Shown here: positions 1-8,777 of the stretch, one piece after another
Position numbering within the stretch: the first letter of the stretch is position 1
Layout: each line of letters begins with the position of its first letter
NCBI GenBank assembly: GCA_044439985.1
Contig: JBITAG010000044.1
Coordinates: 1-43,538, forward strand
From: Phycisphaerales bacterium JB059
Lineage (GTDB): Bacteria; Planctomycetota; Phycisphaerae; Phycisphaerales; UBA1924
Length of the DNA: 43,538 bases
Reading direction: 5' to 3'
The notes under the pieces: generated by a model
What the model was told of the DNA's origin: nothing
The model's input: the letters and a program-made list of their open reading frames with translations, nothing else
The model's database searches: none
Program-made: the position numbers and the translations under genes

Positions 1-35
1 ACCCGAAACGCCGCCGGCGTCTCGGGCTGGTTGAC

Positions 36-1244
36 GTGCGCACGCGCCGGGATGGCGCCGCCATCTCCCTCGACGCCGGCTCCCCCCTGCCGGGCGAGGA
101 CCTGACGCGTCGACTTTCCGACCGCGCCAGGCGAGGGCTCCCCCTGCTTATCGCAAATATGCGCGTCGACGCCGCTCTCGGGAGGCTCGTGCGCACGCCC
201 CTGCTCCACGATACCGATCCCCTGGCGCGCCTCAACGCCGCACGGTTTGCCGAGCCCGTGGAGCTGGCCGATTACCTCTTCGACCCCGATTCGCGCGTGG
301 CACGCACCGCGGTCCTCCGCTGGTCAACCGCGGGCGATCCCGACGGCGTGCGCTGGCCCCCCCGGCTCCGAGAGGCGGGACGGGCCCGGCTTGCGGGACG
401 CCTCGAGCGACGCCCGGAGCCGGACATCGCCCGGTGCGGGGCCCAGGAGTGGGACCGGCTCTCCCCGTTCGACCCGCGTTCCCCCGTGGGACGCCTGGGC
501 GCGCGCCGCTGGCTGGCCGAGGAGCCCAAGTCCTTCCTGGCGCAGCTCACCGATCGCCTCGAGTCCGCCGACGTGAGCACGCGCCTCGACGCGCTGCAGC
601 TCGTCCGCGCCCTGCGGATCGGCGCCCGCCTGGAGAAGCACATCATCGCCCACGCCCTGCGCGATGAGGAGGACGCCCGCGTGCGCGCCACCAGCGTCGC
701 CCTGCTCGGAGAACTCACCTCCGACGCCTCCAGCCAGGCGCTCCAGCAGGCGACGGCCAGCGCCGATCAGCGGGTGCGAGCCAACGCGGTCGAGGCCCGC
801 GGGCGACGGGTCGCCGACGTCGCCGATCTGGCGACCGGAGACCCCGAGACCCACGCCGCGATGATTGAACTCAAGCACGACCCGCACCACCGCGTGCGGG
901 CCAACGCGCTCAGGGCGCTGCTCCGCTCCGGAACACCCCGTCGCGCCCGTGTCTTCGAGCCCGCGGCGATCGAGGAACTCGAGGCGATGCTCTGCGATGA
1001 ACGGGACATGCACCGGATCGCCGGGGTCTGGCTCGCCGAGCGCGTGCTTTCCGGCGCCGGACGCGCTCGCCTGGGGGGGCGATGGGACGATCTGGCCAGA
1101 CGCGTGGCCTCGATCGCGACCGGGGACTCCTCTGAGCTGGCCCGCGCCCGCGCCTCCCGATGCGCGGCCCGCCTGCTCGGCGAGCTGCGCGGCGATCCCG
1201 GCGTTGAACTCGTCTCGGGCGGAGCCTCGGAGGGCGCGGCATGA
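36..1244 (+). CDS. HEAT-repeat (PBS-lyase-type) protein; 5' end may lie upstream of the window
   Basis: 402-aa ORF with strong G/C third-position bias. Recurrent helical motifs DQRVRANAVEARG and HHRVRANALRALL are typical of HEAT/PBS-lyase repeats. The frame stays open back to base 3, so GTG 36 is only the first start inside the window. Confidence 0.6.
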   Translation: MRTRRDGAAISLDAGSPLPGEDLTRRLSDRARRGLPLLIANMRVDAALGRLVRTPLLHDTDPLARLNAARFAEPVELADYLFDPDSRVARTAVLRWSTAGDPDGVRWPPRLREAGRARLAGRLERRPEPDIARCGAQEWDRLSPFDPRSPVGRLGARRWLAEEPKSFLAQLTDRLESADVSTRLDALQLVRALRIGARLEKHIIAHALRDEEDARVRATSVALLGELTSDASSQALQQATASADQRVRANAVEARGRRVADVADLATGDPETHAAMIELKHDPHHRVRANALRALLRSGTPRRARVFEPAAIEELEAMLCDERDMHRIAGVWLAERVLSGAGRARLGGRWDDLARRVASIATGDSSELARARASRCAARLLGELRGDPGVELVSGGASEGAA

Positions 1245-1678
1245 GCGCCCCCCAGCTCGCGGTCCCGGTCGATCTGGTCACCTCCACGCCGAGCACGGCG
1301 TCGGGGGGCGATTGGCCCCTCATCATCGCCGTCATCGGCGCCGTCGCGTTCTCTCTCGTCACCCTCCACCTCTGGCTGCGCACCCGCGGGGACGGAGACT
1401 CGGACGAGGTCGCCTTCCGCGAACTCGCCGCGCGCCTCCGCCTCTCCAAAGAGCAGAAGCGACTCGTCCGCGAGATCGCCTCCGAACACCCGACGGCGAC
1501 GCCCGCGGCGTTGCTCCTCTCCCCCTCGGCCCTCATCGAGGGGGCGACGCGGGCGGGCGAGCGGGGCGGGGTGGACCTCCGGGATCTGCCCGGGCTGCTC
1601 GCCATCCTGGGGGTGGGCGACGAGGCGACCCCCGCCCGGCCCGCCGAACAACGGGAGCGGCTCGAACTCATCGCCTGA
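1241..1678 (+). CDS. small single-pass membrane protein, unknown function
   Basis: ATG overlaps the upstream stop (ATGA at 1241-1244). High GC3. One hydrophobic helix (WPLIIAVIGAVAFSLVTLHLWL) followed by a charged soluble tail. Confidence 0.55.
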   Translation: MSAPQLAVPVDLVTSTPSTASGGDWPLIIAVIGAVAFSLVTLHLWLRTRGDGDSDEVAFRELAARLRLSKEQKRLVREIASEHPTATPAALLLSPSALIEGATRAGERGGVDLRDLPGLLAILGVGDEATPARPAEQRERLELIA

Positions 1679-1791
1679 GGGCGGGGGCATATGCCGGCGA
1701 TCCGCCGGGCGATTGAAACTTGGGGTCCCCGACCTCGTAACAATGCAGGGAGCATCCGCGATGCCCGCGATGCCCTCGCACGGAGGCGCCC

Positions 1792-3096
1792 ATGGCCCGC
1801 ACACGCAGATCGCTCGCTCGAAACCTGGCACTGGTGGGGGGGCTCGCCCAGGCGGTCCTGTGGCCGACGCTCGCCGCGGCGCAGGATGGCGACGGAGGAG
1901 AGGAGCGGTACATGCGCGTCCGTGAGGCGTCGCGCACCGGTCCGGTCCGTCTCGAGCTGGCCATCCGGACGCTGCGTCCCAGCGAGGACGGCAAGCCGGT
2001 GGTGCACCTGGTCGGGGTGGCCCACATCGCGCAGCCCGCGTACTACCGCACGCTCCAGTCCTTCCTCGACAAGCAGGACCTGGTTCTCTTCGAGGGCGTG
2101 GGGCCCGACTGGGCGCGGGTGAGCGAGGACGCGAGCGATGTCGAGCGCGCCGACGCGACGACGGGACGGGTGCGGTTCATCGGCGCCGCGGCGGAGCGCT
2201 ACCACCGGGCGATGGGGATCTACCCTGCCGACGCCAGAGCCCTCATCGAGAGTGCCGAGCCGTACGAACGCCGCCAGCTCGCCGACGCGATGACCGACGG
2301 GTGGGATCGGCCCATCCACTACCACGTCAGCGAGGAAGGGACGCTGGAACTGACCAGCCTCGGCGCCGACGGTGAGCCGGGCGGCTCCGGCGTCGAGGCC
2401 GACGTGCAGCTCTCCGAGATGGCGCCCATCTCACCCGACGAAGCGGGCGCCGGCGAGGGCATCCAGTCTCAGCTCGCCAGCGCGACGGGCCTGGTCTTTC
2501 AGCTCGATTCGATCGACTATTCCAGTGAGAAGTGGATCAACGCGGATATGACCGTCGGCGAGCTGTTCGGGACGACCGAGGGCGTGCCGGGCGAGGGGGA
2601 AGACCCCGGCGGACTCATGGGATTGCTCTCGGGCGAGTCGATGATGGCCAAGCTCATGGGGGGGGTCCTCAAGCTCATCGGGTCGAGCGAGTACTCGCGC
2701 GCGGTCTTCCGGCTCGCGCTGATCGAGATGCTCGGTCGGTCCGAGGAACTGATGGAGGTGGCCGTGCCGCAGATGGGGGGCGACCTGTTCGAACGCATCA
2801 TCGAGGGACGCAACGAGGTGGTGATCGAGGCGGTCCGGGAGGCGAGCGAGGGCGCCGACGCCCCCGGCTCCATCGCGGTCTTCTACGGCTCGGGTCACAT
2901 GGAGGGCCTCGAACGCACGCTGCTGGAAGAGGACGGGTACCGCGTGAGCGAGACCACGTGGCTCCCCGCGATCGTCGTGGACTACGACAGCTCCGGCATC
3001 CCCGCCCGCCAGGGGGCCTTCTTCCGCTCGATGATCGCCCGCTCGCTGGAGCAGCAGGTCGAGGCGATGCGACGGATGGCGCCGACGCAGGACTGA
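1792..3096 (+). CDS. secreted TraB/GumN-family protein with an inserted T2SS GspG-like globular domain
   Basis: Signal peptide MARTRRSLARNLALVGGLAQAVLWPTLAAAQD. The two conserved halves of TraB/GumN-type proteins are present: VVHLVGVAHIAQPAYY..LVLFEGV and IAVFYGSGHMEGLERTLLEEDGYRV. Residues ~121-207 resemble the C-terminal domain of major pseudopilin GspG (YHRAMGIYPADARAL ... DGWDRPIHYHVSEEGTLELTSLGADGEPGGSGVEADV). Confidence 0.7.
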   Translation: MARTRRSLARNLALVGGLAQAVLWPTLAAAQDGDGGEERYMRVREASRTGPVRLELAIRTLRPSEDGKPVVHLVGVAHIAQPAYYRTLQSFLDKQDLVLFEGVGPDWARVSEDASDVERADATTGRVRFIGAAAERYHRAMGIYPADARALIESAEPYERRQLADAMTDGWDRPIHYHVSEEGTLELTSLGADGEPGGSGVEADVQLSEMAPISPDEAGAGEGIQSQLASATGLVFQLDSIDYSSEKWINADMTVGELFGTTEGVPGEGEDPGGLMGLLSGESMMAKLMGGVLKLIGSSEYSRAVFRLALIEMLGRSEELMEVAVPQMGGDLFERIIEGRNEVVIEAVREASEGADAPGSIAVFYGSGHMEGLERTLLEEDGYRVSETTWLPAIVVDYDSSGIPARQGAFFRSMIARSLEQQVEAMRRMAPTQD

Positions 3097-3152
3097 CCAA
3101 CCCGGCGAAGACGATCCTGTGCAATTGGGTGGAACACCCCGGGGGTGCACGC

Positions 3153-3189
3153 GAACAGAGCGTGACGCCCCTCGGGTGTCGTTCTGTTC
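3153..3189 (+). terminator. GC-rich hairpin downstream of the TraB/GumN gene (possible intrinsic terminator without U-tract)
   Basis: GAACAGAGCGTGACGCCC-CTC-GGGTGTCGTTCTGTTC gives about 16 bp of pairing by hand folding (one G-U, a 2-nt bulge). It lies 57 nt after the stop at 3096 and is followed by a second small CCCCGgtCGGGG palindrome. Confidence 0.3.
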
Positions 3190-3245
3190 GGGTTGCCCCG
3201 GTCGGGGTGTGCGCTGGCTGAAAGCCTCAGGACCAAGGAGAGATC

Positions 3246-3980
3246 ATGCGTGGAGCAGCGATCGTGCTGTGCGGGATAGGCGTCCTCGGGCTCGGCGCGT
3301 GCCAGTCGTCTCGGGTGGCGAGCGTCTCCGAACCGGTCGGGATGCAGGCGGGCGCCGCCCCTGTCGAGCGGACGCCCTCCCCGACGGGCGCCGATGGGCG
3401 CCCGACCGAGTTCAAGAAGCTGCAGACCTGGCTTGCGGTCCGCGGTCTGTCCTTCTCCGAGGACAAAGTGACCATCGACGAGGCGGGGCGGGCCGAGGTG
3501 CTCGCGGAACGCCGCCTGCCCGACAGCGCGTCCTCGATCGTTCGGAGCGTCGAACTGCTGGCGATCAACGCCCGGGTCCGCGCGATCGGCGCGGCCCGGG
3601 ACGCGGTGCTCGCCGATCCGGGCGACGCGCAGGCGTACCGGGCGCTCGGCACGGCCCTTCGCACCAAGCGGAAGGACGACAGGGCGCTCGCCGCCTTCGA
3701 GACCGCCGCCACGCTCGACCCCACCTCCGGCGCGATCCAGGCGGACCAGGGCGACGCCCGCAACCGCGTCGGTGACCGGGCGGGGGCGATCGAGGCGTAC
3801 GAGCGAGCCGTTGCGCTCGACCCGGACGACGGAGAGAGTCACGCGCGCCTCGCCGTATTGCGGTACTACACCGGCGATGACTCGGGCGCCTGGTCGAGCC
3901 TCCGAGCAGCGGAGCGCCTCGGGGCGACGGTCCCGCCGCAGTTTGTCGTCCTCCTCTCAGAACGCACGCCCGAGGGCTAA
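3246..3980 (+). CDS. TPR-repeat lipoprotein
   Basis: Lipoprotein signal with lipobox (MRGAAIVLCGIGVLGLGAC). RBS AAGGAGAG 5 nt upstream of the ATG. TPR-like repeats: AQAYRALGTALRTKRKDDRALAAFETAATLDP, DARNRVGDRAGAIEAYERAVALDP. Confidence 0.75.
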   Translation: MRGAAIVLCGIGVLGLGACQSSRVASVSEPVGMQAGAAPVERTPSPTGADGRPTEFKKLQTWLAVRGLSFSEDKVTIDEAGRAEVLAERRLPDSASSIVRSVELLAINARVRAIGAARDAVLADPGDAQAYRALGTALRTKRKDDRALAAFETAATLDPTSGAIQADQGDARNRVGDRAGAIEAYERAVALDPDDGESHARLAVLRYYTGDDSGAWSSLRAAERLGATVPPQFVVLLSERTPEG

Positions 3981-4004
3981 TCGCCCCCCAGCCGGAGCCA
4001 GACC

Positions 4005-5492
4005 ATGATGAACCAGACTCAATCGCTTCGGGGCGTGCTGATCGGCGCGGTGATCGCGGGCGGATCGCTCGCCCCCGCCCAGCCGGACATCGGTCCGGCG
4101 ATCCGCGTGAACCAGGACTCGTCGGGCGCGCCGCAGAACGAGACGACCGCCGCCTCGACCGACTTCGCCCCGCACCGGATCCTGATGGGGTGGAACGACT
4201 ACCAGATCGGCTCCTCCAAGACCGGCGTCGGTCTCACGACCGACGGGGGAATGACCTGGACCTCGCAGCTGCTGCGCCCGGCGCCCCCCATCCGGACCTC
4301 CACCGAGGGCGACCCGAAGACCGCCTTCGACAACCCCAACGGGCGGATGTGGGCGGGGGGGATCACCTTTGACTTCAACGGGGGGTTGTTCGTGGCCCGC
4401 CTCGAGCCCGGTGCGACCAGCTTCGAGCCGGTGGTGATGGCCGCCCTCAACTCGAACAGCCCCTCCGGGTTTATCGATAAGGGATGGATGGCCGCCGGCC
4501 CCGACGCGCTCGACCCGACCAACCCGGACAAGACGATGCTCTACATCGCCTACAACGACGGGCTGATCCGCTCGTCGGACCTGGGCGACTCCTGGACCAA
4601 CCCGAGCAGCCTCGGCGGGGGGCTCGGGTTCCTTCCCCGCGTGGGCAAGAACGGTGAGCTGTTCATCCTGTATTGGGATTTCAACTCCGGGATCAAGCTG
4701 TGGCGCAGTTACAACAACGGCGCCACCCGGCAAGGGCCGTTCCACGTTGCGACGCGGATGGACACGTGGGGCGTGGACGGCTCACGCTTCCCCGGGTTGT
4801 TCCGTGTTCCCCCGATGGCCTACCTGGCCGTAGACCCGAACGACAACACGCTCTACGTCGTCTACTTCGACACGACGAACGTGGTGAGTGGAAACGCGAA
4901 CGTCGATCTGTATTTCACCAAGTCCACCGACGAGGGCGTGAGCTGGACGACGCCGGTGGTCATCAATCAGGCCGACTCCTCCCCCCCCGGCGACTCCTTC
5001 TTCCCCTGGATCGAGGTCGATCAGGACGGGCGCATCCACATGGTTTTCCATGACACGCGGAACGTCGCCCCCCAGTCCGACGAGTCCTCCCCCGCCTTCA
5101 TCGACGCGTACTACTCGTACTCCGACGACGGGGGAGACACCTGGCACGAGACCCGGCTCACGCAGAACGCCTTCCGAAGCGACTTCGACGGCTTCGGGGA
5201 CGGGTTCATGGGTGACTACCACGGGCTCGCGGTGGGGGGGGACTTCGCCTACCCGCTCTACGTCTCGACGCAGAGCGGCGAGGCGGACGTCTACACCCAC
5301 GTGATCGAGCGCCAATCCTGCCCCGTCGATCTGGCCGAGCCGTTTGGCGTGCTCGACTTCTCCGACGTCGGGGCGTTCCTGACCGCGTTCGCCGGGTCCG
5401 ACCCGAGCGCGGATCTGGCGCCCCCCCTCGGGGTCTTCGACTTCTCCGACATCTCCGCCTTCCTGACGCAGTTCGCGGCGGGCTGCCCGTAA
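4005..5492 (+). CDS. secreted BNR/Asp-box repeat (sialidase-fold-like) protein with C-terminal dockerin-like tandem repeat ending in GC
   Basis: Signal peptide. Asp-box motifs TTDGGMTWTS, SSDLGDSWTN, STDEGVSWTT, SDDGGDTWHE. C-terminal duplicated motif GVLDFSDVGAFLTAFA / GVFDFSDISAFLTQFA followed by AGCP-stop. Confidence 0.75.
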   Translation: MMNQTQSLRGVLIGAVIAGGSLAPAQPDIGPAIRVNQDSSGAPQNETTAASTDFAPHRILMGWNDYQIGSSKTGVGLTTDGGMTWTSQLLRPAPPIRTSTEGDPKTAFDNPNGRMWAGGITFDFNGGLFVARLEPGATSFEPVVMAALNSNSPSGFIDKGWMAAGPDALDPTNPDKTMLYIAYNDGLIRSSDLGDSWTNPSSLGGGLGFLPRVGKNGELFILYWDFNSGIKLWRSYNNGATRQGPFHVATRMDTWGVDGSRFPGLFRVPPMAYLAVDPNDNTLYVVYFDTTNVVSGNANVDLYFTKSTDEGVSWTTPVVINQADSSPPGDSFFPWIEVDQDGRIHMVFHDTRNVAPQSDESSPAFIDAYYSYSDDGGDTWHETRLTQNAFRSDFDGFGDGFMGDYHGLAVGGDFAYPLYVSTQSGEADVYTHVIERQSCPVDLAEPFGVLDFSDVGAFLTAFAGSDPSADLAPPLGVFDFSDISAFLTQFAAGCP

Positions 5493-5511
5493 AGGGTCGG
5501 CCCCACCGGGA

Positions 5512-6813
5512 TCAGGTTTCACGCACCGTGATCGGCGTGGCGCCCAGCCGCTCGCTGGCCATCTTCTCCCACCCGGACCCGAGCTCGCCCTCGGGATCGG
5601 GCGGGACGATGTCCACGCGCTTCTGCCCCAGCTCCGCCTCGCCGTCGCGCACACGCTGCTGGAACGCCTTGCACTCGGTCAGCAGGCGGTCGAGAATCTC
5701 CGTCTCGGGGACCGTCGCGACGCGCTCGCCCTGCACGTAGATGATTCCCTTGCGATCCCCGGCGAACACGGCCACGTCCGCGCCCTCCGCCTCCCCCGGA
5801 CCGTTGACCACGCACCCCATGACCGCGACCTTCATCGGGACCTCGATCTCGGCCTCGAGCTTCTTGTGCACGTCCTGCGTGAGCGTGAACAGATCCACCT
5901 GGATCCGCCCGCACGTCGGGCACGCGATGAGTTCGGCGCCCCGGCGCTCGCGCAGGCCCAGCGAGTACAACAGCTCCAGCCCGTCCTCAACCTCGTACAC
6001 CGGGTCGCTCGCGTAGCTGATGCGGATGGTGTCCCCGATCCCATTGGCCAGCAGCGCCCCCAGCGCCGTGACCGAGCGGATGCAGCCGGTCTCCTTCGGG
6101 CCCGCGTGCGTCACGCCCAGGTGCAGGGGGTGGGGGAATCGCTCGGCGATCTCCGTGTACGCGTCGATCACCAGCGTCGCGTCCATGCTCTTGGCGCTGA
6201 TCGCGATGTCAAAGAAGTCCCGCTCGTAGAAGATGTCCAGGTACTCCTCGAGCTTGGCGATCATGATCGCCAGCAGGTACCCGTGCTTGTGCTCGGAGAA
6301 GACCGCTCCGAGTTCCTTCGCCCGCGTCTGCTTGTCCTTGCGCTCGATGATCGAGCCCTCGTTCACGCCCACCCGGATCGGGATGCCCCGCTCCTTGCAC
6401 GCGTCGATCACCGCCTCGACCTGCGCCCGGTCGTTGATGTTCCCCGGGTTGAGCCGGATCTTGTGCACGCCCGCTTCCACGGCCTCAAGCGCCCGCTTGA
6501 AGTGGAAGTGCACGTCCGCGACGATCGGGACGGTGGTCTGATTCAGGATCTCGGGCAGGGCCTGCGTGTCCTTTTTCTCGGGCACCGCGACCCGCACGAT
6601 GTCCGCCCCCGCGGCCGTCAGCTTGTGGATCTCCGCGACGCACTTGTCGACCGCGTGCGTGTATCCGGCGGTCATCGTCTGCACGCTCACCGGCGCCGGC
6701 TCACCCGACCCGTCGGCCAGGCGGTGGTCCGGGGCCAGCCCGCCGCCGATGGCGACGCGCCCGACCCGGTCATCCCCAACAACGATCTGTCGCGACGCTC
6801 GGCGTGGTTTCAT
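5512..6813 (-). CDS. ispG: 4-hydroxy-3-methylbut-2-en-1-yl diphosphate synthase (MEP pathway)
   Basis: Typical IspG/GcpE blocks: PVSVQTMT, ADIVRVAVP, IRLNPGNI, IRVGVNEGS, ACPTCGR, VAVMGCVVNGPGEA. Has extra N- and C-terminal extensions relative to the short enterobacterial type. Confidence 0.95.
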   Translation of the reverse strand: MKPRRASRQIVVGDDRVGRVAIGGGLAPDHRLADGSGEPAPVSVQTMTAGYTHAVDKCVAEIHKLTAAGADIVRVAVPEKKDTQALPEILNQTTVPIVADVHFHFKRALEAVEAGVHKIRLNPGNINDRAQVEAVIDACKERGIPIRVGVNEGSIIERKDKQTRAKELGAVFSEHKHGYLLAIMIAKLEEYLDIFYERDFFDIAISAKSMDATLVIDAYTEIAERFPHPLHLGVTHAGPKETGCIRSVTALGALLANGIGDTIRISYASDPVYEVEDGLELLYSLGLRERRGAELIACPTCGRIQVDLFTLTQDVHKKLEAEIEVPMKVAVMGCVVNGPGEAEGADVAVFAGDRKGIIYVQGERVATVPETEILDRLLTECKAFQQRVRDGEAELGQKRVDIVPPDPEGELGSGWEKMASERLGATPITVRET

Positions 6814-6822
6814 CGCCCAATC

Positions 6823-7500
6823 CTACGGACCCTCGGGGGCGCCGGGTTCGCCCGGGCGGACCCGGTTGGCGAACCTGCACCGGCGCAGGCCCAGCCAGGC
6901 GAAGACCTCGAAAAAGACGAAACCGGTGAGCATGAGCAGCCCGCCGGCGCCGATGCCCACACCGATCAGCCGTGACGCGAAAACGGGGTCGTATGCCGGG
7001 TCGGTGGAGTACTCGACCGACTGACCGACTCCCCAACCAATGAGGGAGGCGCCCAGCCAAAATCCCACCGCGGCGATTGCCCATCCGACCGAACCGTGTC
7101 CGCAGACGCTCCACGCCAGATCCGGCGTGATCCGGAACCCGCGTCGGGCGCCGAAGTACTGGATGCCGCGCGCCTCAATCCAGATCAGGAGCATGACCAC
7201 GGGCCACAGCGGAAGCGCGACGAGCGCCGTCCACCGGGCAAGCGAACGACCGTCCCCGCCGTCGATGCGAATCAGATCCAGCGTCCGCCGAGGCTGCCGG
7301 ACGCTCCGGGCCCAGGTCCGCACCAGACTCGAAGGCGAGCGTCCCGCCTGCCACGCCGTCCCCACCCGGCGCTCCGGCAGGCTCTCCGCGATCGCCTTCC
7401 CGCACTCCGGGCACGCCCCGCCCGTGTCCAGCCCCTCGATCACGTACCCGCACCGCTCGCAGAGCAGGGTGAACTCGTCCTTCCAGGGGCGCTCGGGCAT
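6823..7500 (-). CDS. zinc-ribbon membrane protein, unknown function (probably co-transcribed with ispG)
   Basis: Start placed at the ATG giving MPERPWKDEF. The upstream part of the 316-aa ORF is R/P/G-rich junk running into the divergent GNAT region. CERCGY-x12-CPECG zinc ribbon followed by 4 predicted TM helices. The stop is 9 nt upstream of the ispG start. Confidence 0.6.
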   Translation of the reverse strand: MPERPWKDEFTLLCERCGYVIEGLDTGGACPECGKAIAESLPERRVGTAWQAGRSPSSLVRTWARSVRQPRRTLDLIRIDGGDGRSLARWTALVALPLWPVVMLLIWIEARGIQYFGARRGFRITPDLAWSVCGHGSVGWAIAAVGFWLGASLIGWGVGQSVEYSTDPAYDPVFASRLIGVGIGAGGLLMLTGFVFFEVFAWLGLRRCRFANRVRPGEPGAPEGP

Positions 7501-7601
7501 CGGGCGGACTCTACGGGGAATGGGCGATCCGGATCGCAGCCTCCCCCCGGGACCGGCGATCGAAAACCCGATACGATTGGCGCCCACTCGGGAGGCGCCT
7601 C

Positions 7602-8096
7602 GTGATCCGCATCCGCCGCATCCAGCTCGATGACCCGCTCTACCCTCAGGCGTGCGCCCTGCGCGAAGAGGTCCTGCTGAGCACGGTCGGCTGGAGCATG
7701 GATGACTACCGCCGGGAGATGCCCGGGCGCGAGGAGGCCGCGGAGCACTACGTCGCCGTCGCTGATCACCCACAGGGTGATCGGGTGATCGCCTGCGCGT
7801 GCCTCCTTCCCCCTCAATCAGGGGAAACCGCTGGGAAGGTGACCCAGGTCTGCGTGGATCGCCAGCGTCAGGGGGAAGGGGTCGGCCGCCGCCTGCTGAC
7901 CTCCATCGAGGCCCGGGCGTTCGGCGAGTTGGCCCTGGAGCAGCTCTACTGCCACGCCCAGGTGGACGCCCTGCCCTTCTACGAGCGTCTGGGGTGGCGA
8001 TCCTCGGGCGAGGAGTTCATCGAGGCGGGCATCCCGCACCGGAAGATGACCCTCTTCGAGCCCTCAGCGGCCCTCAGACCCGCTGAGGGGGCGTAA
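7602..8096 (+). CDS. GNAT-family N-acetyltransferase
   Basis: 164 aa, GTG start. Acetyl-CoA binding motif A QVCVDRQRQGEGVGRRLL. C-terminal FYERLGW typical of GNAT. Confidence 0.8.
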   Translation: MIRIRRIQLDDPLYPQACALREEVLLSTVGWSMDDYRREMPGREEAAEHYVAVADHPQGDRVIACACLLPPQSGETAGKVTQVCVDRQRQGEGVGRRLLTSIEARAFGELALEQLYCHAQVDALPFYERLGWRSSGEEFIEAGIPHRKMTLFEPSAALRPAEGA

Positions 8097-8141
8097 ACTC
8101 CGTCCGAGAACAGACTTTCGAACAGGAAGCGTGGGGGGGAG

Positions 8142-8184
8142 TTGGTCAATTCACCCCAGGCGAGTAATAATGATTCCAATGAGC
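8142..8184 (+). promoter_or_regulatory. AT-rich island at the fur start: sigma-70-like -35/-10 plus Fur-box-like sequence
   Basis: TTGGTC (8142-8147), 18-nt spacer, AATAAT (8166-8171). AATAATGATTCCAATGAGC (8166-8184) matches 12/19 positions of GATAATGATAATCATTATC by hand alignment, with a perfect ATAATGAT core. It is the most AT-rich stretch I saw in an intergenic or start region of this window. Confidence 0.3.
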
Positions 8185-8643
8185 GAGCCCCGCCCCGTCA
8201 GTGAGCATGCCGCACGCGATCTCTTCCGTCGGCACGGCCTGCGCTGCACCAAGCAGCGCCAGGTGATCTACGCTGCCCTGACCGCGACCAAGGCTCACCC
8301 GACCGCCGAGGAACTGCTCGGGATGGTCCGCACCGGGGAGCCGGGGCTGAGCCTCGCGACGGTCTACAACACCCTCGAGGCCCTGACCAAGTGCGGGCTG
8401 GCCAGGCGCCTGCCGAGCCATTCGGGCAACGGTCCCTGCCGGTACGACGCCGACGTCCGCCAGCACATCCACATCACCACAACCGATGGACGCGTGCTGG
8501 ACGTGCCCGAGGATCTGGCGGACAGGCTCCCCGAGCCGGTTCCCGCCGAGATCCGACGGGAGCTGGAACGCCGCCTCGGCGTGCGCATCACGCAGGTCCA
8601 CGTGGAGCTGCGCGGCGAGTCCGCCTCTCCCGACCGGAACTGA
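8179..8643 (+). CDS. Fur-family metalloregulator
   Basis: Winged-helix DNA-binding block GLRCTKQRQVIYAALTATKAHPTAEELL...LSLATVYNTLEALTKCGL, then a His-rich metal-site region RQHIHITT. Start ambiguous (ATG 8170 or 8179; GTG 8131 unlikely). No CxxC pairs in the C-terminal domain. Confidence 0.85.
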   Translation: MSEPRPVSEHAARDLFRRHGLRCTKQRQVIYAALTATKAHPTAEELLGMVRTGEPGLSLATVYNTLEALTKCGLARRLPSHSGNGPCRYDADVRQHIHITTTDGRVLDVPEDLADRLPEPVPAEIRRELERRLGVRITQVHVELRGESASPDRN

Positions 8644-8777
8644 GCTCCCCCGAGAAGGGGGTCCGAAAACGCTGAAGACGGGCTTCCGCGGACCCGGCGT
8701 GAAGACGCCCGGGCGGTGGACCGATATCCGCTGGCGCCGCCCGATCCGGGCGAGACCGCAGAACCGGAGGCCCCCTG

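Noticed and set aside
1713-1744. TTGAAA-N19-TAACAAT upstream of the TraB/GumN gene as a sigma-70 promoter
   Set aside because: The 19-nt spacer is too long and the -10 match is weak. Nothing beyond its relative AT-richness supports it.
6823-7773. N-terminal extensions offered by the ORF track for several genes (6823..7773, 8131.., 10745..11461, 18372.., 21299.., 30661.., 33914..)
   Set aside because: The extensions are R/P/G-rich, overlap neighbouring genes or divergent promoter regions, and lack RBSs. Internal starts with RBSs give N-termini matching the protein families.
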